Assembly: GCA_965261735.1 (NCBI GenBank)
Contig: OZ253470.1
Span: 4,480,001-4,544,000 of the forward strand
DNA length: 64,000 nt
DNA from: Alphaproteobacteria bacterium
Lineage (GTDB): Bacteria; Pseudomonadota; Alphaproteobacteria; SHVV01
Reading direction: 5' to 3'
Made by a program: the position numbers and the translations under genes. The notes below the pieces were generated by a model. It searched no databases. It saw only the letters and a list, made by a program, of their open reading frames with translations, and was not told where the DNA came from. The number at the start of each line of letters is the position of its first letter. Positions within the stretch are counted from its first letter, which is position 1. Positions 52,834 to 62,182 of this stretch are shown here, piece by piece.

Positions 52834-54948
52834 ATGTATATCGTGTCGACCGATGTTGGCGGGACCTGCACCGACACCGTTATCTTCGCCAACGATGAGC
52901 CCATCCACATCGGCAAGGCGCTCTCGACCCCGCCCGATTTCGGCCGCGGCGTTATCGATTCGATCGAGAACGCCGTGTCGGCGATGGGCACCACGATCGA
53001 AGACCTGTTTCGCAAGACGTCGCTGTTTATGCACGGCACCACGGTTGTCGACAACACGATCCTGACTCGCGCCGGCGCCAAAACGGGGCTCATCACCACC
53101 AAGGGCTTCGAGGACGTGTTGCTGGTTACGCGGGGCGGTTACGGCCGCTGGGGCGGGCTGTCGGAAGACCAGATCAAGAATCCAGTCAACACGGACCGCG
53201 GCACGCCGCTGATCCCTTTCGAGCGCATTCGCGGCGTTCAGGAGCGGGTCGACTACAAGGGTGCCGAGATCGTCGAACTCGATGAGGCGGAGGCCGAGGC
53301 GGCCACGCGCGATCTGATCGAGCGCGTCGGCGTCGAGGCCATCGCAGTCTGCTTCTTGTGGTCATTCAACAATCCGAGCCATGAGCGCAAGGTACGTAAC
53401 GTCATTCGCCGCATCGCCCCCGACACCTATGTCACCCTGTCCAGCGACATCGCTCCCGTACTCGGCGAGTACGAGCGCACCTCGACGAGCGTCATCAACG
53501 CCTATGTCGGCCGCATCACCTCGGGCTACCTGGCCGGCATGCAGACCATGCTCGAGGATTTGGGCTACCACGGGCCGATGATGGTTATGCAGGGCTATGG
53601 CGGGCTGTTGCCGGCGGCGGAGGCCGGCGACCGCTCGGTCGGTATGATCGAGTGCGGGCCGGCGGCCGGCGTCATCGGCAGCAAGTTCCTCGGCGATCTC
53701 ATGGGCGACCACGACGTGATCGCCGCCGACATGGGTGGAACGACGTTCAAGGTTGGCGTGATCCAGGGCGGCCAGATCGAATACGCGCGCGAGCCGATGG
53801 TCGATCGCTACCACTACGTGGCGCCGAAGATCGACGTCGTCTCGATCGGCAACGGCGGCGGCAGCATCGTCTGGCTCGAGGAGGCGACCCATATTCCCAA
53901 GGTCGGGCCGCGCAGCGCGGGCGCCGATCCGGGACCGGTGTGTTACGGTCGTGGTGGCACCGAACCGACGCTCACCGACATCATGACCCTCATCGGGTAC
54001 ATGGACCCAACGACCTTTCTCGGCGGTTCCATGACCCTCGACGTGGAGGCTGCGCGCAGCGTGTTCGCCGAACGGATCGCCCGGCCGCTCGGGCTCGACG
54101 TGGTCGAGGCGGCGATGGGTATCTATCGCATCGCGGCCGCCCAGATCACCGACCTCATCCACGAGGTGACCGTCGAGCGCGGCCTCGACCCGCGCGATTT
54201 CGTGCTCCACGCCTTCGGTGGAACGGGTCCCATGCTTGCCGGCGTGTTCGGGCGCGAGCTCAGCGTCAAGCGTGTCCTCATCCCCTACACGGCCGCGGTG
54301 AACTGCGCCTTCGGCTTGGTATCGGCCGACATCGTCCACGAATACACGACGACGAAGACTCTGCCGGTGCCCTCCGACCCGGCCGAGATCAATGCGATCT
54401 TTGAGCCGATGCTCGAGCGCGGGCTGGCCCAGCTCAAGGACGAGGGTTTCGAGGGCGATCGCGTGCAAACCCAAGGGGCCGTCGATCTACGTTATTCGCG
54501 GCAGACTCACGAAATGACGACGCCGCTCCGCGAAGGCGGCCCGGTGACGCAAGCCACCGCCGAGCGCCTGATCGATGATTTCGAGATGCTCTACGAGCGG
54601 CGCTACGGCAAGGGTTCAGCCTACCGCGAAGCGGGCATGGAAATGACCGTGTTCCGCCTCACCGCGCGCGGATTGCTCGAGCGGCCGACCATGGAAAAAG
54701 AGACGCTCGGGAAGGCCGATCCTTCGCCGGCCGAGGTCGGCAGCCGCGACATCTTTATCGAGTCAAAGGGTGCGCTCGCGCCCGGAAAGATCTACGATTT
54801 CGAACGGATGGGGCCGGGCAACGTGGTCGCGGGGCCGGCCGTCATCCACACGCCGATCACGACGATCGTGCTACAGGACGCGCAAACCGGAGCCATGGAC
54901 GAATACCGCAACGTCGTCATCGAGTTCACTGAGGAGAGTGGGTCATGA
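52834..54948 (+). CDS. Hydantoinase A/oxoprolinase-family ATP-binding subunit
   Basis: DVGGTCTD, HGTT, EYERTST, GPAAG, DMGGTT, GPRSAGADPGPVCYGRGG. Confidence 0.92.
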   Translation: MYIVSTDVGGTCTDTVIFANDEPIHIGKALSTPPDFGRGVIDSIENAVSAMGTTIEDLFRKTSLFMHGTTVVDNTILTRAGAKTGLITTKGFEDVLLVTRGGYGRWGGLSEDQIKNPVNTDRGTPLIPFERIRGVQERVDYKGAEIVELDEAEAEAATRDLIERVGVEAIAVCFLWSFNNPSHERKVRNVIRRIAPDTYVTLSSDIAPVLGEYERTSTSVINAYVGRITSGYLAGMQTMLEDLGYHGPMMVMQGYGGLLPAAEAGDRSVGMIECGPAAGVIGSKFLGDLMGDHDVIAADMGGTTFKVGVIQGGQIEYAREPMVDRYHYVAPKIDVVSIGNGGGSIVWLEEATHIPKVGPRSAGADPGPVCYGRGGTEPTLTDIMTLIGYMDPTTFLGGSMTLDVEAARSVFAERIARPLGLDVVEAAMGIYRIAAAQITDLIHEVTVERGLDPRDFVLHAFGGTGPMLAGVFGRELSVKRVLIPYTAAVNCAFGLVSADIVHEYTTTKTLPVPSDPAEINAIFEPMLERGLAQLKDEGFEGDRVQTQGAVDLRYSRQTHEMTTPLREGGPVTQATAERLIDDFEMLYERRYGKGSAYREAGMEMTVFRLTARGLLERPTMEKETLGKADPSPAEVGSRDIFIESKGALAPGKIYDFERMGPGNVVAGPAVIHTPITTIVLQDAQTGAMDEYRNVVIEFTEESGS

Positions 54949-56774
54949 TTGACGCGATTACGTTTGAGATCATCCGCCACCGTCTGTTTCGAGTGATCGA
55001 GGAGGGGGTTATCACGCTCAAGCACGTGTCGGGGAGCGAGATCACGTGCGAGGGTCACGACCTGATGGTGGCGCTGCACCGGGCCGACGGCTCGCTGCTG
55101 CTGGCCGGGATCGGCTATCTGCACCATACGCCGAGCGCGGCCGAGGCGTGCAAGCACATCGTGCGCCGCTTCGAGGGCGAGATCTACGAGGACGATGTGT
55201 TCCTGCTCAACGATCCCTACACGGCGGCGCACCACACCTCGGACATCTACCTGATCTCGCCCATTCATTACGAGGGCCGGCTGGTGGCGTGGAGCAGCTC
55301 GTTCGTGCACGTCAACGACATCGGGGCGATGAACCCGGGCGGCTTTTGCCCGGACGCGCGCGAGATCTATGTCGAGGGCTTCTCTTCGCCGGGCATCAAG
55401 CTGATCGAGCGCGGCCGGCTGCGCCAGGACCTGATGGACACGATCTGCAACATGGTGCGCAGCCCGGCGCTTGTGACGCTCGACATCAAGTCGATGATCG
55501 CCTGCCACAACGTGGCCAAGGAGCGCATGCACGCGCTCTACGACAAGTACGGGGCGGCGACGGTAGACGAGGCGTGCGCGGCGCTGATCGAGCAGTCGGA
55601 CCGGCTCTTCGGGCAGCGCCTGGACGAGCTTCCAGACGGGCGCTGGCAGTCGCGCCAGCGCTTGCGTTGCCGCGGTGAGGACTACTGCGTGGCGCTGACG
55701 ATGACCAAGCGGGCGGGCCACCTGAGCTTCGACTTCACGGGTACGAGCGCGCAGTCGCAGTACGCGATCAACGCGCCCTACTGGGCGACGTGGGGGGCGA
55801 TCTTCTCGCCCATCTTTTCGGTGCTGTGCCCGGACATGGTGTGGAACGAAGGGCTGACGCGGCGGGTGTCGATGATCGCGCCCGAGGGCAGCATCCTCAA
55901 CGCCAAACGGCCGGCGCCGATCTCGGTATCGACGACCGCCGCGGTGCCGATGGTCAACGGGTCGGCGCTGCACTGCATCTCGAAAATGCTGGCGACCAGC
56001 GAACGGCACGAGCGCTATGCCACCGCCGTGTGGGACGGCGGCTACAACGCGGTATTCATGTTCGGCCGCGACCAGCGCGGGCAGTTCACCATCGGCTACA
56101 TGACCGACGTGTTCGGCGGCGCCGGCGGCGCCCGCAACTATGCCGACGGCGTCGACGTCGGCGGTGACATCCCCAACCCGATCACGCGAACGGCCAACGT
56201 CGAGACGACGGAAGCGCGGTTGCCCTTGCGCTACCTGTTCCGCCGTCGGGTCAAGGACGCGGGCGGCGCCGGGCTGTACCGCGGCGGCTCCTGCCTCGAG
56301 TACGCGGTGACGCCGCACGATGCACCCGACGGCGGCGTGCACTTCGTCATGACCGGCAAGGGCACCGGCTTTCCCACGAGCGAGGGCATCGCGGGCGGTT
56401 ATGTCGGCTCGCCGCCGCACTGCTATCTCGTGCACGTGCCCGAGGGCAAGAACGATCCGCGGTCTTCCACCGGATGCGGCCTGGATGAGCTTCCCGGCGA
56501 CAAGGAGGCGATCGCCTGGGGCGAGTATCCGCTGATGGGCGACGACATCCTCTATGTCGGCAGCAGCGGCGGCGGCGGCTACGGCGACCCGCTCGACCGC
56601 GATCCTCAGGCGGTACTCCACGACGTGTGCGAGAACCTAACGTCAGTGCATGACGCCGGTGAGCTGTACGGCGTCGTTCTCAGCCAGGCCAATGATGCCG
56701 TCGACAGTGCCGCCACCGAGGCGCGGCGCACCGCGATTCGCGAGGCGCGCTCCTTACAGATCGCCGCCGAGTAA
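54945..56774 (+). CDS. Hydantoinase B/oxoprolinase-family subunit
   Basis: NDPY...HTSD, HVNDIG, FDFTGTS, GGAGLYRGG, GGGGYGDPLDRD. Confidence 0.92.
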   Translation: MIDAITFEIIRHRLFRVIEEGVITLKHVSGSEITCEGHDLMVALHRADGSLLLAGIGYLHHTPSAAEACKHIVRRFEGEIYEDDVFLLNDPYTAAHHTSDIYLISPIHYEGRLVAWSSSFVHVNDIGAMNPGGFCPDAREIYVEGFSSPGIKLIERGRLRQDLMDTICNMVRSPALVTLDIKSMIACHNVAKERMHALYDKYGAATVDEACAALIEQSDRLFGQRLDELPDGRWQSRQRLRCRGEDYCVALTMTKRAGHLSFDFTGTSAQSQYAINAPYWATWGAIFSPIFSVLCPDMVWNEGLTRRVSMIAPEGSILNAKRPAPISVSTTAAVPMVNGSALHCISKMLATSERHERYATAVWDGGYNAVFMFGRDQRGQFTIGYMTDVFGGAGGARNYADGVDVGGDIPNPITRTANVETTEARLPLRYLFRRRVKDAGGAGLYRGGSCLEYAVTPHDAPDGGVHFVMTGKGTGFPTSEGIAGGYVGSPPHCYLVHVPEGKNDPRSSTGCGLDELPGDKEAIAWGEYPLMGDDILYVGSSGGGGYGDPLDRDPQAVLHDVCENLTSVHDAGELYGVVLSQANDAVDSAATEARRTAIREARSLQIAAE

Positions 56775-56777
56775 GCC

Positions 56778-57050
56778 ATGCGTCTGTCGCCGACCCTCAC
56801 GATCGATGATGGCGCGGCCAGCGGAACCGTCAGCTGCGCGAAGTGCGGCCACCAGCTCGGGCCCGCCAACGAGCCGTGGAAGCCCAAGGCGGCGTTGCGC
56901 GAGCGCCTGATGGAGGAGATGGGAGCGGTCCACTTCTCGGGCGGCCCGGTTCTTCTGCGCGAGTTCTCGTGCCCCGAATGCGCCACCCTCCTAGATACGG
57001 AGACGGCGCTCGAAGGCGATCCCTTCCTCGACGACTTCCTGCTCGATTGA
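56778..57050 (+). CDS. Acetone carboxylase gamma-subunit-like Zn protein
   Basis: CAKCGHQLG....WK and REFSCPECATLLDTE. Confidence 0.8.
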   Translation: MRLSPTLTIDDGAASGTVSCAKCGHQLGPANEPWKPKAALRERLMEEMGAVHFSGGPVLLREFSCPECATLLDTETALEGDPFLDDFLLD

Positions 57051-57070
57051 GGGCGCGCCCGCGCGGCGCG

Positions 57071-58012
57071 TCACTCGCCGGGCGGCGGCCCCTCGATGCC
57101 GACCTGCTCGACGATCGGGCCATAGGCCTGCGGCTGGCGATGGACGGCCATGTTGAAGGTGTGCTCGCGCCCGGTCGTCGCGCGGTCGAGGTCAAGGGTG
57201 GCGACGGCAAGCGCATCTTCGCCGCGGACCTCGCACACGGCGATGATCTCGCCGCTCGGTGAGACGATCGAGGTGCCGCCGATCAGATAGTCGATGTCCT
57301 CGCGCCCGGTCTTGCCGACGCCGACGACGTAGTAGCCGTTCTGGTACGCGCCCGCCTGCATACACAATTGGCTGTGAAACTCGGTCAACGGGTTCTTGAT
57401 CCAGGGCACATCGAGCGGCGTGTTGAAGCCGAGCATGACGAGTTCCGCGCCGCGCAGGCCGAGCACACGGAACGTCTCGGGAAAACGGCGGTCGTTGCAG
57501 ATGCACATGCCCATGACGCCGCCGAACCCGCGAAAGGTCGGAAATCCGAGATTGCCGTGACTGAACCAGCTCTTTTCCGAGTACTGGTACTCGTACTCGG
57601 GCAGCAGCTCCTTGTGGCCGGGTAGATGGACCTTTCGGAACTTGCCGATGATCCTCCCGCCGCCATCGACGAGGACGGTACTGTTGTAGTAGCGCCTCCC
57701 GCCCTCCTCCTCGGTTATCTCCGCGAACCCGAGGTTGAAGCCGATGTTGAGCTTGGCGGCCTCATCGAAAAGCGGCTGCGTTGCCGCGCTCGGCATCTCG
57801 CGCTCGAACCACTGCTCGGGATCGGCCTCCGCGCTGCGATGCTTGCGCGGGAAAAACGTCGTCAGCGCAAGCTCGGGATAGACTACCAGCTGGCAGCCCC
57901 GTGCGTGGGCTTCGCGCATGAGCTCGAGGAGGCGGGCAACGACGGTTTGACGGCTCTCGTCGGGCTGAACGGGCCCCATCTGGGCGGCGCCGACGGTGAG
58001 GAGTCGAGGCAT
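57071..58012 (-). CDS. N-carbamoyl-D-amino acid hydrolase (nitrilase superfamily)
   Basis: AAQMGP, YPELALTTFFPR, RKVHLPGH, ICNDRR, GFNTP, QAGAYQN. Confidence 0.88.
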   Translation of the reverse strand: MPRLLTVGAAQMGPVQPDESRQTVVARLLELMREAHARGCQLVVYPELALTTFFPRKHRSAEADPEQWFEREMPSAATQPLFDEAAKLNIGFNLGFAEITEEEGGRRYYNSTVLVDGGGRIIGKFRKVHLPGHKELLPEYEYQYSEKSWFSHGNLGFPTFRGFGGVMGMCICNDRRFPETFRVLGLRGAELVMLGFNTPLDVPWIKNPLTEFHSQLCMQAGAYQNGYYVVGVGKTGREDIDYLIGGTSIVSPSGEIIAVCEVRGEDALAVATLDLDRATTGREHTFNMAVHRQPQAYGPIVEQVGIEGPPPGE

Positions 58013-58342
58013 GGTGGGCTCCCGGTTTATGAGTTGCCACAATCGTAATTGAGCGCCGGATGATGTCAACCGAGCGCGCGGGAGCGTCCACGGCATAAAC
58101 CCCTGCCATCAACGGGCCTCGCTTCCATGCAGTCGCGTACGTTAACAATACAGCCGATGCCGTCATCGACGCCGACACCTTCCTCAAAATGCTGATCAAC
58201 AGAATCGACGCCCCGTCCAGAAGTCAATACGGTGATCCATTAGACGATGTATCCGACGCGGATTTCCTCAACTTCGATGCGGCTGCAACTCTAGTAAATC
58301 TGTTGGCGGATAGCGTAACGGACTGTAGCCTCCAGGCCCAGG

Positions 58343-59483
58343 GATCGTGTCCCGCGGAGTGGTGTAAGAGCGTTGCGCTCTACGCGGCTCCCGGCGTGTA
58401 GGGCCGGGACGTTCAGGCTGCCACGGTGGGCAGCGTGATGGGGACACCATCGCTCAGCGGAGCGATGGATTCCAGCGTCATGTATCTCCTTGAGACGGCC
58501 CACTCGTCGTTCTGCTCGAGAAGGATGGCGCCGACGAGCCGTGTGATGGCGGCTTCGTTGGGAAAGATACCGACGACGTTGGTGCGACGCTTGACCTCGG
58601 CATGGAGCCGTTCGATCGGGTTTGTGGAGTGCAATTTCTGGCGGTGCTCCCTGGGGAAGCTCATGTAGGCGAGGACGTCGTGCTCGGCTTCGTCCATGAG
58701 AACTGCCAGCTTGGGCACCTTGGGCCTGAGCTGGTCGGCGACCTGGCGCCACTGGACCTTCGCGCTGTCGGCGTCCTCCTGGGCGAAGGCGGAGACGACG
58801 CGCCGGCCCTGGCGGCCGGCATGGGCCAGCAGGTTGCGGGCGAAGTGCACGCGGCAGCGCTGCCATGTGGCGCCGAGGATCCGGGTCGCGGCGGCCTTCA
58901 GGCCCTTGTGGTCGTCGGAGATCACCAGCTTCACGCCGCGCAGCCCGCGCCGGGCCAGCGAGCGCAGGAACTCGGTCCAGAAGGTCTCGGCCTCCGACGC
59001 GCCGATCGCCACGCCCAGGACCTCGCGGCGGCCTTGGTCGTTGACGGCCACAGCCACGGTCACCGCGACCGAGACGATGCGTCCGGTCTGGCGCACCTTC
59101 ACGTAGGTGGCGTCGAGCCACAGATAGGGCCAGTCGCCCTCCAGCGGTCGATCGAGGAAGCCGGTGACCTTATCGTCGATCTCGCCGCACAGCCTGGAGA
59201 CCTGGCTCTTGGAGGCGCCCGACATCCCCATCGCCTGAACCAGATCGTCGACCGAGCGGGTCGACACCCCCTGGATGTAGGCCTCCTGGATCACCGCAGC
59301 CAGCGCCTTCTCGGCCATCCGCCGCGGCTCCAGGAAGCCCGGGAAGTAGCTTCCCTTCCTCAGCTTCGGGATCTTCAGCTCGACCGTGCCGGCCCGCGTC
59401 TCCCAGGACCGGTCGCGGTAGCCGTTGCGATGGGTGATACGATCCGCCGAGCGCTCGCCGTGCCCGGCGCCGGTCAGGCCCTC
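58343..59483 (-). mobile_element. IS256 second copy, 5'-truncated
   Basis: Reverse complement of about 46066-47206, nearly identical; left end and start codon absent. Confidence 0.92.
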
Positions 59484-59496
59484 GGCAAGAAGTAAG

Positions 59497-60601
59497 CTTG
59501 CCTATCCGGTTGACACCCACACCCACTAGGGCTAGAATGGGCGCAACCCGGATATAGGGGAGCGCGCCATGGATGTTCTCGACCGCGCCGATCTCCCATT
59601 CCCGCATTCGCTACCCGAGTTCCAGCGACTTTTCCCCGATGATGCGGCCTGCGCCGCCTACCTGGAGAAAGCCCGCTGGGGAGACGGCTTTGCCTGCCCG
59701 CACTGCGGCACGGCGGGAGAGCCGTTCCACTTTGAAAACCGCCCTGGCGTCCTGCGCTGCCGCAAGTGCCGCCAGAACACCGGGCTGACGGTGGGAACAG
59801 TGATGGAGCGTAGCCACACTCCGCTGAACGTCTGGTTCTGGGCCGCTTATCTGGTCGCCAGTCAGACGCCCGGCATGTCCGCCGTGCAGTTTCAGCGGCA
59901 ACTTGGTCTTTCGCGCTACGAGACGGCCTTTCAAATTCTCCACAAGCTCCGCTCGGGCATGGTGCGGCCCAACCAAGACAGGATCGGTGGACAGCCCAAG
60001 AACCATGTTGAGGTGGACGAAACCTGGGTTGGCGGGCGAACGCGTGGGGAAGGCCGTGGTGTTCACCACAAGGTTCCCGTCTCCTGTGCCATCGAGGTGC
60101 GTCATCGAAAGCCGGGCACCAAGCTCGACAACCGGAAAGACGGACGCTATGCCGGACGCGTTCGGCTCGCCGTCGTGCTCGACCGTAGCGCCGAGTCGCT
60201 CTGTGGGTTCGTCGAGAGCACCGTCGCGCCGCGATCGCTGATCGTTACTGACGATTGGAGCGGCTATGCTGGCCTCGGTAAGCGCGGCTATGAGCACTTC
60301 GCTGTTGCCGAGTGTGGTGATCCAGAGGTTGCCGAGCAATACCTGCCGATCATCCATCTGGTTTTCGCCAACCTGAAGACGTGGCTGATCGGTATCCACC
60401 ACGGCGTTAGCCACCAGCACCTACAAGCCTACCTCAACGAGTTCACCTTCCGCTTCAACAGGCGGTTCTACCCGTTCAACGCCTTCCGCTCATTGCTCGG
60501 CATCGCGGGCGACACCTCTGCTCCAACCTATGCCGAGCTTTACTCGGGAGAGTGGTGGCACCCTACATGTAGCGGTCATGGGCGTTAACCGGATAGGCAA
60601 G
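59497..60601 (+). mobile_element. IS1595-family element, intact
   Basis: IRs CTTGCCTATCCGGTT and AACCGGATAGGCAAG; 8-bp TSD GAAGTAAG at 59489-59496 and 60602-60609. Confidence 0.93.
59569..60588 (+). CDS. IS1595 transposase
   Basis: CPHC..CRKC zinc ribbon, VEVDETWVGG, TDDWSGY, YLNEFTFRFNRR. Confidence 0.93.
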   Translation: MDVLDRADLPFPHSLPEFQRLFPDDAACAAYLEKARWGDGFACPHCGTAGEPFHFENRPGVLRCRKCRQNTGLTVGTVMERSHTPLNVWFWAAYLVASQTPGMSAVQFQRQLGLSRYETAFQILHKLRSGMVRPNQDRIGGQPKNHVEVDETWVGGRTRGEGRGVHHKVPVSCAIEVRHRKPGTKLDNRKDGRYAGRVRLAVVLDRSAESLCGFVESTVAPRSLIVTDDWSGYAGLGKRGYEHFAVAECGDPEVAEQYLPIIHLVFANLKTWLIGIHHGVSHQHLQAYLNEFTFRFNRRFYPFNAFRSLLGIAGDTSAPTYAELYSGEWWHPTCSGHGR

Positions 60602-60991
60602 GAAGTAAGTATCGCTTGAATCGGCGGTCGCGACACCGGCCGCCGATTCACACCACCTCGGGAGGCTAGCGAGGAGTAACGCTGCACCTTCTGCGGCGCG
60701 CAAAATGCGCCCCCGAGCTTTCCCATGCCGGCTAAGCCCGGCACTCGGCACCGAGGTCAGCGGCCTCGACTTGTCAGAGCCGCTTGATGACACGAATCCT
60801 GCGAACCCCGCCCCGACCCGGCCGATTTAGCCGCCATTCAACGAGATTGGCGGTCAGGCGTCCAGGCCGGGCCGCGCATCCGTCCGGAATCCGTCCGACG
60901 CCCTCGCGAAAAACAAGCGCCGCGGACCGACCATGTGGCCCGCGGCGCTGTGTGCCGGAGACCGGCCCAGCGGGGCCGGCCGGCAAGCGCC

Positions 60992-61930
60992 CTAGTTCAC
61001 GCGGAACTCCTCGGGCAGGAAGAACAAGGAATCCTGATCCTCGGCCACGGCGGCGTGGCATTCGACACAAAACTCGACGTTGGCCGAGCCCTGCCCCTTG
61101 GTGACACCGAAGACAGTGCCGTCGGGGTTGACCATGGTGTACGCCCAGTCGAACGAGTCGGCGTTGAACCCGGCGTTGCGCTTTTCCATGACGAACAGCG
61201 GGCCGGCCGCTGTGGTGCCGTTGGGATTGACCACGAAACTGTCCTTGGCCAGCACCGAACCGGCCGGCATCCGGCCCCCGTCTTCGAACTTCTTGTAGTT
61301 CGCTGCGGCGACCGGGTTCGCGTAATTGTTGACGTAGCGGCTGCCGTGCGTGGCCGACTGGTACGGCGACGAGGCGACAAGGGCCCAGAACCAATAGTTG
61401 GCGACCGGCTCGAGCCCGGCCCTGTGATAGCCGCTGATCATCTCGTCGATCAGGCAACCATAGGCCTTGTTCGCCTCGGCAGCCGTGACCTCGGCCCCGG
61501 CCGACGCGCCGCACGGACTGCAAGGATTGCATGCCTTGGCTGCCGCGCAGGGGTTGCGGGGGTTCTTGGCCGCGCACGGGTTGCACGCACTGGCAGCGGC
61601 GCACGGGTTCTTGGCCGCGCACGGATTACACGCGCCGAGCGCCGCCGCTTGCAGGCGCGGGATCATGCACCTCGACGCCGTCGCTCCAGCGCCACAGGGA
61701 CTACACGGATTGCACGGGTTCTTCTTTGCCGCACACGGGTTGCACGCCGCGGCCAGCCGGATGACGCCCGGCTTGGGCTTTGCGGCAGGCAGGGCACCGG
61801 AGAACTGTTGGGCGAGCCCGGAAGCGTATCCGGGCGCAACGACCACGATAGCGCCGCCAGCTGCTATGCCGGCACCGACCAGGGCTGGAATAACGGTGGT
61901 GGAAAGGAGCTTGGACTTGGGCAGTTTCAC
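60992..61930 (-). CDS. Exported cytochrome P460/c'-beta family protein with N-terminal Cys-rich NPC repeats
   Basis: AGGAGG RBS before GTG, hydrophobic leader, CNPC repeats, then THG.RYVNNYAN, PAGSVLAKDS, FVMEK, DW.Y and C-terminal CVECH. Confidence 0.8.
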   Translation of the reverse strand: MKLPKSKLLSTTVIPALVGAGIAAGGAIVVVAPGYASGLAQQFSGALPAAKPKPGVIRLAAACNPCAAKKNPCNPCSPCGAGATASRCMIPRLQAAALGACNPCAAKNPCAAASACNPCAAKNPRNPCAAAKACNPCSPCGASAGAEVTAAEANKAYGCLIDEMISGYHRAGLEPVANYWFWALVASSPYQSATHGSRYVNNYANPVAAANYKKFEDGGRMPAGSVLAKDSFVVNPNGTTAAGPLFVMEKRNAGFNADSFDWAYTMVNPDGTVFGVTKGQGSANVEFCVECHAAVAEDQDSLFFLPEEFRVN

Positions 61931-62084
61931 GGTATCGCCTCCTGCTGGTTCAGGTAGCGGATGGATCATGCGGACCGGGCTTGGGCGCCGCTTCATCCTC
62001 GCAGTGTGCGCCGCTTCGCCAAGGTTGGCTAGGCGGTTGCTCCGGGAGTTCGAACGGCATGACGCGAACCGTGCGGAGCCCAAC

Positions 62085-62179
62085 GTCCGCTATGGGTCAC
62101 CAGCAGACCTCCGGCCACATTGCTGTGTAGTTCCGCTTACGGCCCAGAAGCGGGCATGATCGCCCGGAAAGCGGACATC
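62085..62179. repeat. REP-like hairpin array
   Basis: GTCCGCTATGGGTCACCAGCAGAC, TTCCGCTTACGGCCCAGAAGCGGGC, CCCGGAAAGCGGAC. Confidence 0.5.
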
Positions 62180-62182
62180 ACG

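Noticed and set aside
58100-58342. Open-frame fragment next to the IS256 end
   Set aside because: No recognisable motif or start; function cannot be supported
45773-59483. Composite transposon carrying the hydantoinase cluster
   Set aside because: The first IS256 has its own matching 8-bp TSD on both sides, so it inserted alone, and the second copy lacks its outer end
61500-61750. Multihaem cytochrome c from repeated CxxC
   Set aside because: CNPC and CSPC units lack the following His of CxxCH; only one haem motif exists
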